Source of the DNA: the human T2T-CHM13v2.0 reference genome, Homo sapiens | DNA length: 64,000 nucleotides | Strand: one strand, 5' to 3' | Assembly: GCF_009914755.1 (NCBI RefSeq) | Contig: NC_060927.1 | Part shown: piece after piece, positions 54,230-64,000 of the stretch | How positions within the stretch are numbered: the stretch's first letter is position 1 | How the letters are laid out: each line of letters opens with the position of its first letter | Position numbers and translations under genes: made by a program | Notes under the pieces: model-generated | Database searches by the model: none | What the model was told of the DNA's origin: nothing | Seen by the model: only the letters and a program-made list of their open reading frames with translations

Positions 54230-54830
54230 TTGAGGCCAGACTCAGAAAGTGAGAATCAACCACAGTAAGTCTAACTGTTGCACCAATTTTGGAGGAAAAA
54301 AGAGTAATGTAAAGGATGTAAGCCACATTTGATGGATTACAAGCAAAGATATGGTTGGAAGATGCATAATTACATAGAAATCTAACAAAATAAAGAAGAG
54401 CTGAATCTTGGACAATTGGCAGGTTGGTTTGTTTTTAGTTTAGCTTTGTCCTTTTAAGTTAGAAGCCAGAAAGATTGGCTAAGTATGTTGAAAATCTAAT
54501 AACTTATGAAAGATGTACACAACCTGGAAAATAGCCAAAGCAGAGAGACAGACATGATTAAAGGACAGGCAAGTAAGAGTAAGGGGAAAGCTAAAGGTAC
54601 TGGCAATGTTTTTGTGAAGAGAAGAGACTCAGGGTGACTTAATTGCCTTCAAATATTTAAAAACTAACATAGAAAGAATGGTGAACAGATGTTCTTCATT
54701 TCCACTTAAGACAGAAAAAGCCATCAGAGGACTGAAAGGATAGTTGCAGTCATGTCTGGAAGAAAGGACACATTTTCAGGTCCTTTAATAGAAATGAAAG
54801 TCAAGGGTTAATCTTTTTTAGGGAAATGAG
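54230..54830 (+). mobile_element. L3/CR1 LINE ORF2 remnant
   Basis: gaagagaagagactcagggtgacttaattgccttcaaatatttaaaa...gaacagatgttcttc resembles CR1 ORF2 3' region (EKRRLRGDLIAxFKYLK-type). Confidence 0.6.
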
Positions 54831-54939
54831 CCTCTAAATCTCATATTGCAATTTTGTGGGATTCACATGGAAGCTGTACAAAATTAGAGCAAGTTAGAAC
54901 TGGATGAAACCTTAGCAATCAAGTAATCTACTTCCTGAG

Positions 54940-55176
54940 CAGGAGAAGACAAACTTTTTTTTTTTTCCTTTGGGAAAGGGCCAGATAATTAATATTTAAG
55001 CTTTGTGAGCTATCAGTTCTATAGTGCAACTGCTAAGTCTGCCATTGTAGTGTGAAAGCAGCCATAGACAGTATGTAAACAAATGGGCATACCTATGTAC
55101 CAGTAAGATTTTACTTTCTAAGATAGTCATCAGCCAGATTTGGTTCTCTGGCACCAGCTGTTGTTGGCTGACCCTG
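54940..55176. mobile_element. MER58A hAT MITE
   Basis: aaagggccagataattaatattt...ctgccattgtagtgtgaaagcagccatagacagtatgtaaacaaatgggc. Confidence 0.8.
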
Positions 55177-55186
55177 GTCCAGAGAG

Positions 55187-55373
55187 CACTGGCCCTCAAA
55201 CTTTAGTGAGCATCAGAAATGCCTAGAGGGCTTATTAAGACACAGACTTCTGATGTCTTCCTACCCCTACTTCAAGTTTTGATTTCTGAGTGGGAGCTGC
55301 TAATTTGCATTACTTACTAATTCCTAGGTAATGCTGATGCTATTGGTACATGATCCACAAATTGAAAACACTG
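55187..55373. mobile_element. MER5A
   Basis: ctcaaactttagtgagcatcagaaatgcctagagggcttattaagacacagac...gtaatgctgatgct. Confidence 0.7.
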
Positions 55374-55429
55374 AGGCCAGAGAACACAAATGATAAACCT
55401 AAAGTCCAGTTAAGGATGTGTGTCTCTAG

Positions 55430-56300
55430 GCATATTTAGCAGAATTCTATGACAACCCCCAAGATTTCCTGCTTCCTGCTGTACACACCCTACATCATCT
55501 GTAGGACTATTAATTTTGTGGATATTACTTTTGTGATTAGGTTATGCGACGTGATACAGTTGACTTCAAAAAGAAGAGATTCATTTGTAATCCCAGCACT
55601 TTGGGAGGCCGAGTTGGGTGGATCACGAGGTCAGGAGATCAAGACCATCCTGGCTAACACTGTGAAACTCCGTCTCTACTAAAAATACAAAAAATTAGCT
55701 GGTCACGGTGTTGTGCATCTGTAGTCCCAGCTACTCGAAGGCTGAGGGAAGAGAATTGCTTGAACCTGGGAGGCGAAGGTTGCAGTGAGCCGAGATCGCA
55801 CCACTGCACTCCAGCCTGGGTGAGAGAGTGAGACTCCATCTCAAAAAAAAAAGAGATTGTTCATGTGGGTGTGAACTAAGCACATGAGCTGTTCAAAAGC
55901 GAAGAGCATTCTCCGGCTGGTTGCAGAAGCAACAGAAGGATTCAATGTGCCCTTACTGGCCTGAAGATCGAGGCCACATGTAAAGGAATGCAGATGGTCT
56001 CTGGGAGCTAAGAGTAGCCCCAGGGTGACAGCAAGGAAAGCAAGACCTTCATTCTACAACCACAGGAACTAAATTCTGCTAACAAGAATGAATTTGAGAA
56101 ACAGATTTTTAACACAGAGTGTCCTGATGAGGACTCAGTCCAGCCAACATCTTCATTTCAGCCCTATGATACCCTGAACAGAGAACATAGCCACATCTGT
56201 GCTGGACTTCTGACCTACAAAACTATAAGCTAATAAATGTGTGATGTTTTAAGGCACCAAGTTTCTGGTAATTAATTACGCAGAAATAGAACTCTGACAC
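55430..56300 (+). mobile_element. MLT1E-like MaLR solo LTR, interrupted by an Alu
   Basis: gcagaattctatgacaacccccaagatttcc...ctacaaccacaggaactaaattctgc...ctggacttctgacctacaaaact...ataaatgtgtgatgttttaag. Confidence 0.75.
55582..55850 (+). mobile_element. AluSc-like, about 20 nt 5'-truncated
   Basis: tgtaatcccagcactttgggaggccgag...gatcacgaggtcaggagatcaagaccatcctggctaacac; TSD aagagatt at 55574-55581 and 55851-55858. Confidence 0.9.
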
Positions 56301-56587
56301 TGTGAGTGTGGTATATGTCCCACTTTAGACCTAAAGCTCCCTAGTTGAACTGGTTACATATCCACTGCCAAACATCACTGTCTCCTGTAACAACTTTCAA
56401 GCACGCTCTTTTTACTCCTGGCCCCTTTAGTTTATAAAGCGCCATGTTTAGGAGTTGTCTCTCTTTAACTGAGAATACTTTCCCACTGCTGACTCTCTTC
56501 TGGTTAGAAGCTCTGGGAAATGAAGGTAATAAATATCTCGTATGTTTGACAAACTTCACCACACTAAAGCCATAAATGGTTAACTGT

Positions 56588-56591
<4 letters not shown>

Positions 56592-56675
<84 letters not shown>
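56592..56675. repeat. Perfect (CT)42 microsatellite
   Basis: 84 bp uninterrupted. Confidence 0.97.
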
Positions 56676-56681
<6 letters not shown>

Positions 56682-58664
56682 CTTTCGTAGCTTTACATTC
56701 TTTACCATCAACTGTGACCCAACCCAGACCATTTCAATAACGGAACCCTTTAAAAAATCTTTAATAAGCCCAAATTCATAAAAGTTCAAAAAATACCCTC
56801 AATAGTTAAGTATTATAAAGTCACATTAATTTTAAAGCATTACATTTTCTGACATTTAAAAAGTCTCTGACATGGCATATCCATAGTTTGATTTTTCTGA
56901 TGTTCTTATAAAGGTCATGTTTATGGTATAATAAGCACACATTTGCAAGGGTTATTAATCAGAGCAAAGCTGGGTGGCAAACAGATTTCCAAAGAATTTT
57001 CCATTTTTATTCTGAACATATTAGCTAGTTAAGAATGTCACATTTTTAAGAGCCTACTTGGAAAAAAATTAACGATTAATTTTGTTCAAAGGGATGTCTT
57101 CATCGTAAGTGAAACTGGAGTGCTTCTTAGGAAAATAGATGACAGGGATGCATTTTGCTAGTTCAGCAAACTCGTATGGCAATTTGGAAAATTCTAATTT
57201 TTAAGCTAATGCTTTAGAGCAGTTAGCAAGGAAACCAATGGGCTCCATAAGCTTTATTAAGAATCCAGTGGGTATTGGCAAAAGCATTTCTAACTTGTAT
57301 GTGATAAAGGAATATACGTTTTTAACGCTAAGAAAAAAATACTGCAAAATCCTGGCCCATACAGGTGTTATGGCTTATTATTTCAAACAATTTCCTTTCT
57401 ATTTTGTCTCAGCAAGAGAGAAATAGATTCCTTCTCAATGAACGTAGAAAAGTAGATTTGCTTTAATATTCAAGAAATGCAAGAGGAGTGTCTCTGAAGA
57501 TTTTATGGCTACTGGCTATTTGGAAACATTACTTGCCTTGGTGACAAGAATTCAACCTATGCTTGAAACACAAGCACACTTTCAAAATATTAAGCTTAAC
57601 AAAGAGAAACAAACAGAATATGGTACAGCCTAAGAGTTCATAAAAGACAGCAGAAGTGGCAGACTCGTAAGCATTTGATATTCAAATCTCTACATCTCTC
57701 TTTTTTACATCTACATCACAGGTTTTTCCCTGTGAGTTTCTCAAGCTTTGTCTGTGATTAATTTTACTTATCAAACAGACAAGCAGCACATGCGGTCTTG
57801 CTCCAACAAGAGGAAGTATTGGCACCAAAGAGCCGCTTCACCTGATGGATGTTGAAACCAAATGGTCTAGACAAATCTCAAGGGCTCTGAATAGCATGGC
57901 TCATAAAAAGACAAAGTACAAACCCATTAGAAAATAATGAAATTAGTAATTGGCATTACCTAATTATCCCAGAATTCTGAAAAATCTTTGTATGGAGCAA
58001 TACATCTGCCTATCCTAATTTAGAAAATGAAGTGCTGGAGGTACAAATGATTAGCTACCTTGAGGTTTTGGCCAAGAAACACAGTAAAGTAATAAGCCAC
58101 GCATGAAAGCAAGACAGGTGAATTCTCCCAGGCAATAATTCCTCAACTGAGACAATCAGAGCAGGGAGAATGGGTGAACCGGGAAAGAAGAAAGAGAACA
58201 ATGGTGAAAACTGAGGGGCAGGCAGCTTTGGTGGTCACAGATGTCCAGCCTGGCTTTCCCAAAAAATGAGAGACAAAGGCAAATTGAAACAGTCTAGGCT
58301 TTCATGTGACCTATATAAGAATGATTAAAGATTAATAATAGAGAAAAAAGAAATAGCACAGTGGAAATTTAAAAGTAACCTTTTTTTAATGTCAGATGAT
58401 TTGTTAGTTGTAGATATTTTAGGAAAGTGTACAAATGTGTACTCAAATCGTAATGTTTCATTTCTAAATCTCTTCACTGTTATAACACCAAATTGTTATT
58501 GTGTTTGGATTTTTAGGTTGCTATAATTATTTTTGGCAAGTGCAGATTATGCGTAGGTATAAAAAGATATAAATATTGTACTTTGTTCCCTAGCCACGGA
58601 ATTGTAAAAAAATAACCATTTGTAGTTGCTGTGAGAAACTGTATGAAAAGCATCAGTGTATAGA

Positions 58665-58969
58665 GCAATACTGAACTATCGCAATATAATGTGAGCCATA
58701 GAAATGAGTCACATATGCATTTTTGAATTTCCTAGTAGCCACACCAAAAAGTAAAAATAGGTGAAATTAATTTAATAATATATATTTTATTCAACCCAAA
58801 TAAAGGCAAATAATAATAAAGGAATATTTTACACTCTTTTTCATGTACAAAGCCTTTGAAAACCAGTGTGTATTTTGCACTTACATACAGCACACCTCAA
58901 TCTGGACTAGCTAATTTTAAGTGTGCAGTCGCCACATGTGGCTAGTGGCTATTGTGTTTGTCAGTGCAG
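58665..58969. mobile_element. MER33-like hAT MITE
   Basis: atataatgtgagcca...tttcctagtagccaca...aggtgaaattaattt...gccacatgtggctagtggcta. Confidence 0.75.
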
Positions 58970-59124
58970 ACCTAGAACTTAATGTGCAATAGTTTTTAAG
59001 GAATATTATTTTCATACGAAATTGAAATTAGTTATAGATTCAAGGTTTAATTGTCACAAAACACATTTTATCCACAACTGTGGGATCTTACCTTTATATT
59101 TCTGGTCATCCCCTGGGACAAGTT

Positions 59125-59612
59125 AAATACAGCCACTAGTACTTGCTGGTTCTCCCATCCTGAAAGGGAGCCTATTTTCCCATCCTATGAGTTATCACTG
59201 GCCTCATAACTTGTCTTGACCAGTGGAATGTGGCATAAGAGACACCATGTGCTTTCCAGAGCCCAGGCCTCAAGAGACCCTGCAGCTCCTGCCCTGGCTC
59301 TCTGGTAATATTGTCTGGAGAACAATAGGTAAGGAAGCCAGACCAGCTTCTGGGAGAGTAAGAGGTTATACAAACGGAGAACCCAGATCCACAGTCAACA
59401 GCCAGCAGCAACCTCCAGAAACATGCGTGGGGTCATCTTAGACCTTATAACCCAGGTGACCCACAAGATAAATGCCGCTATATGAATGAGCCAGATAAAA
59501 TAGGCAGAGGAAGTGCTCAAACCCAAAATATATTATGAAAAATAACATTGTTATCGTGTAAGCCAGTTGCTTTTGGAGTTCGTTTGTTAAGTAGCAATAG
59601 ACAATAAAACGA
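59125..59612 (+). mobile_element. MLT1H/G-like MaLR solo LTR
   Basis: ttgaccagtggaatgtggc...ttccagagcccaggcctcaagagaccctgcagct...taagccagttgcttttggagttcgtttgttaagtagcaataga. Confidence 0.7.
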
Positions 59613-59629
59613 ATATGTATAACTCATAA

Positions 59630-59950
59630 TTTTTTTTATTAATAGGCCACTTTTTGGAGCAGTTTTATGTTCATAGCAATATTGCACAGGAAAGCACAGC
59701 AATTTCCCATATACCCTCGGCCGCTACACATGTATAGCTTTTTCCATTATCAACATCCCCCACCAGAGTGTTCATTTGTTACCACTGATGAACCTACATC
59801 AACACATCATTATTGTCCAGGGTTCATAGTTTACATTAAGGTTTACATTAAGGCTCACTCTTGGTGTTGTACATTCCCTGGGTTTGGACAAATGTATAAT
59901 GATATATATAGTATCATAAAGAACAGTTTTATTGCCCTAAAAATTCTCTT
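59630..59950 (-). mobile_element. L1MC 3' end
   Basis: ttttggagcagttttatgttcatagcaa...caacatcccccaccagagtg...gatgaacctacatcaacacatcattat. Confidence 0.8.
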
Positions 59951-60136
59951 AATATGTTTTTGACTAAGGCAAAAGGTGGATCTAAATTCATAGGAAATAA
60001 ATATAAAAAGAAAAAACCGATGATTCACCAGTGATGATCATGTACAATTTTGATTTGTTTCATTTGAGAATAGCTGAATGGCTTAATAAAGCCATATGGT
60101 TATTGTAGAAAAGTCTGACAATGTAAACAAAATCTG

Positions 60137-60279
60137 TTTTTTTTTTAGACAGAGTCTTGATCTGTCACCCAGGCTTGGAATGCAGTAGCACGGTCACAGC
60201 TTACTGCAAGCTCGAGCTCCTAAGCTCAAGGGATCCTGCTACCTTAGCCTCCCATAGTGTTGGGATTACGGGCATGGCC
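60137..60279 (-). mobile_element. Alu monomer (FRAM-like or AluJ left/right-arm recombinant)
   Basis: Poly-T, agacagagtcttgatctgtcacccaggc...gctcaagggatcc...cctcccatagtgttgggattac. Confidence 0.8.
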
Positions 60280-60328
60280 AGAAAATTTTTTTTAAACATC
60301 ATGGTAACTTCAGTACCATAACTCACCT

Positions 60329-60370
60329 CTATTATTTTTGGTGTCTCTACTATTATTTTTGGTGCCTCTA
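60329..60370. repeat. Tandem duplication, 2 x 21 bp
   Basis: ctattatttttggtg(t/c)ctcta twice. Confidence 0.9.
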
Positions 60371-61922
60371 CTGCTTTCTTTTTTTAAAAAAACTATGTAT
60401 TTGAGGGGAACAAACACATTAGTTTGCAAAAGCATAAGTGCTTGAAACCGCCTTTGTTCTGTTGGAATAATTGTATATCTTAAATATACTTCTAAAACAT
60501 AATTTTAAATTCTGACAAGTACTCTATTTTAGGGATATACCATAACTAGTTTAAACAATGCCCCATCATTGGTCATTATTGGTATGTCCAGTATTTATTA
60601 TAAATAAAGCTGACATATAGCAATTTTATAATTATAAATAAGTTATTTCAAATGAAACAAAATTTAAAGGTAATTAATAATTTAGGGAAGGAAAAGATCA
60701 TGAATACTATGAGACACATAATGACATTATTCATTAATTATCTTTATTTAACAAAACTTAGAAAACAAGTCTTTATCACAGCTAGACATTAACTACATTC
60801 TTTCTGAATCTCAGCTCCTTTAGGTGGTTTTATCAATGTATCTGTTCCCATAGTGCATGGATATCCAATAAACTGTCTTTTAAATCCATGAATTCTTCCA
60901 TAAACTATTGCTGTCTGATGAAATTCTAATATGCATTTAATTAACAACTCTAGGAATGCAACATGAAAACTAAATACCAAGCTCTATAATTTTTAAAATG
61001 ACACAAAGAGAGATTTCTCAGTTCCCACTCAACAGCTTTGTATTATACCATATGTTTAGAAAATCAATTAAGAGCACAACAGGATATCTGAAAACAGTAT
61101 GTGCATGCTATGAAATTATTATAATGTGCTTGTGTTTCCAACAACATACTACAATATATATGGAGAGAGACAGTCCTTAACCAAGAAGATTGCCGTCTAG
61201 TTAAATACATAAGCCAAGAAAACATTCTCAGTGACAAAGTAAGATTACCTGAATATACAAATCTTACATAATTCTTATGGCTGAGACTTGCAATCTGAAC
61301 ATCTAAAGATTTTTCTGATGTAAAAAGATTTAGAATCATCTGTCCTGCCCCACCTTATTGAAGCAAAAAAAAAAAAAAAAAAAAATACTATTCCATTTAA
61401 AGACTGAATAGTCGTATCTCAGAGCAGTTAAGCCAAGCTGCCTATGCTCTAATAAAATACAGTACTATAACAATAGAGACCAGAGAGAAAGAATTTTGCT
61501 GTTTACCTTGTGCATCACCAGCTTTAATGGACCACTAATACTCAGTCACTGAAGAGGTGTGTGCTCTGTTGCGGGGCAGCATAAGCTCGATTCAACTTAC
61601 AATACCTAGATGAACTGTGGCTCAAAACGACCCACTTCCCTTTTCTTCCATGCTCACTAAAGAACCTGCAGATTGATTGGGGGTCTTTAGCAACTTGAAA
61701 AGGGTGGACTTGAGGAAAAACTATAAATACAATAGTCACTGGAAATTCTGTGTAGACTCAACTACACATTAGTAATTAGACACTTAGGTTTAGATTTCAT
61801 ATGCATTTAGTTCACAGGTATCAATCTTTGAAAACCTGCTTGCTTCTTAGTAATAGCACAGATTATGGAGGAGGTCAGTCAGGTAACTGTCTGTGGTTAA
61901 TCCATATATAAGAAGCTCTAAA

Positions 61923-62064
61923 GCAGTGATTCTCAGACATCATCAGAAACACCTGTAGGGCTAATTACCACACATTTCTGGGCCTTACCACCTTAGAATT
62001 TCATTTCTAAGAATTGCCCAGGCGATACTGATGCTACTGATTTGGAGACCTTGAGGATCACTGC
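61923..62064. mobile_element. MER5A (internally deleted)
   Basis: TIR-like cagtgattctca ... tgaggatcactg. Confidence 0.65.
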
Positions 62065-62903
62065 CCTAAAATATTCTCAGATTAAATTGAGAACGTCTTC
62101 CAAGAAGGGCGAAAAATTGCAAAAAAAAAAAAAAAGTAGCAAATAGTTGCCAATGAGAAATATAGAAATATATTTTGAATGAGACTTTACAACTCTTAAT
62201 GAGTGCAAGTGAAACACTAATATTTTTGATTGACAGACTGAAATTAAAGATAACAAATATGTTAAAATGTATGGCATGGATTTTATTAAAAAATCCTTTA
62301 TTCTAGCCGTAAAATGTGTATATAATTTGTATACATGTAACATATTTCAGTAAAAAATCCATTTTTCTTGTTCTCACTAAATAAATATAATTTTAATATG
62401 AAATAAATCTGTATATGTTTGTGTTGTGTTTGTGTGTGTGCATATATACATATATACATCCATACACACACACATATTCATATACATCCATATAGACACA
62501 TATACATCCATATAACGAAAATTCAAAGAATATTGATTTGAAGGGGCAATAAATCTGCAAGCTATCTGGAATGCATATGTAATTGATACAACCTTGCCTA
62601 GGAGTCCTACTATCTGACCCTGCAGACCTACAGTGCCACACCAAAGTCTGAACTTTGATTAGGTAAAGTCCTGATTAGATGGTCAACAGGTCAACCTTGC
62701 AGAAAGCATAAGCTGAGCCCCACCCAACTTAACTTCTTAATTTTACATTCTCCTAGTCATCATCCTCTGACCTTCTGCTCATTTCCTCATGTTCTTTGAC
62801 AATGTTGGCATCTAAACAGAGTCCTCTTTCTTTATCTTCCACTGTGTATAACACTTACCTTGAAGACCCACTCTCACCATACACTTTTCTCTAGGCTCTA
62901 CTC

Positions 62904-63091
62904 CAGTGGTTCTCAAAGTATGATCCCCAGGCCAGCAGCGTCAACATCAAATGGGATCGTGTTAGATATTCAAATTCACTGGCCCCACCCTAGACCTATG
63001 GAATCAGAAACTCTGAATATTAGGCCTAGTAATGTGTGTTTTAAAGAGTCTCAGATGATTCTGATGCACATTAAAGTTTGGGACCACGCTG
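62904..63091. mobile_element. MER5A
   Basis: cagtggttctcaaagtatgatcccc...ggccccaccctagacctatggaatcagaaactctg...taaagtttgggaccac. Confidence 0.85.
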
Positions 63092-63099
63092 CATGTCAT

Positions 63100-63850
63100 C
63101 ATTCATATCCACTTGCCATCACCCTGTGCACCTACGTGATCAATATCTAAAACTGTTCCTCCTTCAAAATCTTGGAACTCTGGCGTTCTACCCTCGGATA
63201 GAAATCCCTGTTTACTACCTTTTTCCCTCATTAAAATCTGTGGTCCCTGAATGTTGTCCAGTCTCTTCTCGGTCTTTCAACCCCTCCTTTTTTCCTTTCT
63301 TTCCGCTCTAGCCTGGACCACATGGTCAAACAATTAAATTGTATTGTCAGGAGTACCCTCAATTCCCTCAACTCTTTAACTTTTGACCGCAGCTGTCTTG
63401 CCAATGCCATACCGTAAATCAATCCAGCTGCCTGTTTCTCCAGGTTGTTTCTGTGTTGCCAAGTACTGCTAGAGAAAATGACATAGCCACGCTCGCTGGC
63501 TCCATTGCAGATTTATCATATCCAACCTTAGCTGCTTCCTCTCTGCTACTTGGCAATTTTTTTATTCTTCCCCAGTCTACTTCCTTTCCCACCCACAGCA
63601 GATGTTCCACAGTTTTGTAACTTTCCCCATGCCCCTAACCTCACCCTCAACCTCCACATTCATTCACCAAAAGATACAAATCACCCGTCAGACACTCCTT
63701 AAATCTCCTTCCCCTCTACCCAAAAACGGACCCAAATATTTGTGCCCAACCTTTTCTCCTTTCTTTCTTCTAAGAAGAGGTGTCTTGATTTCCTTTCTTT
63801 GGCAAGCCACCCCCTTCTTTTTTCTTTGCTCACACATCCACCAAGATTGT
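63100..63850 (+). mobile_element. L2 ORF2 remnant (probably also 62700-62900, split by MER5A)
   Basis: C/T-rich, L2 ORF2-like: ctggaccacatggtc...ccctcaattccctc...ctgctagagaaaatgaca...ttcaccaaaagataca. Confidence 0.55.
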
Positions 63851-64000
63851 GTCTAGCTATTTCATAATTCTGATCATCATTGCTATAAAACTGCATTATT
63901 TGTATTCACTGATCACATTCATTCTCACAATACTGTTTTTTAAGTGATAACATGTTTACATAAAATTTACCATTTAAAAATGTTAAGTGTACCATTTAAA

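Overview
AT-rich primate genomic DNA, most likely human, dense in interspersed repeats: Alu, L1, L2, MIR, CR1/L3, about 11 solo LTRs and hAT/Tc-Mariner MITEs. The only coding feature I can support is one 143-bp minus-strand exon (37111-37253) encoding GGTCQSPALPALVRPPAPPLQPSLDIKPFLPFPLDTAAAVNLFPNFNA. From memory this is the N-terminal part of ZNF385D (ZNF659, 3p24.3), its second coding exon. The rest of the window is therefore the two very long flanking introns. The other ORF-track entries are repeat-derived or chance ORFs. I see no evidence of a new multi-gene system, CRISPR array or RNA gene. The best leads are regulatory hypotheses: (1) a sense-oriented MLT2A1 LTR with DUX-like motifs upstream of an exon I recall starting with ATG; (2) a consensus AG|GTAAG recursive-splice-like site about 8 kb into the downstream intron; (3) a closely spaced inverted Alu pair 1.8 kb upstream of the exon; (4) a C22/G22 run in a MER39-like LTR. 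Repeat subfamily names come from recall of consensus sequences, and old-element boundaries are approximate.
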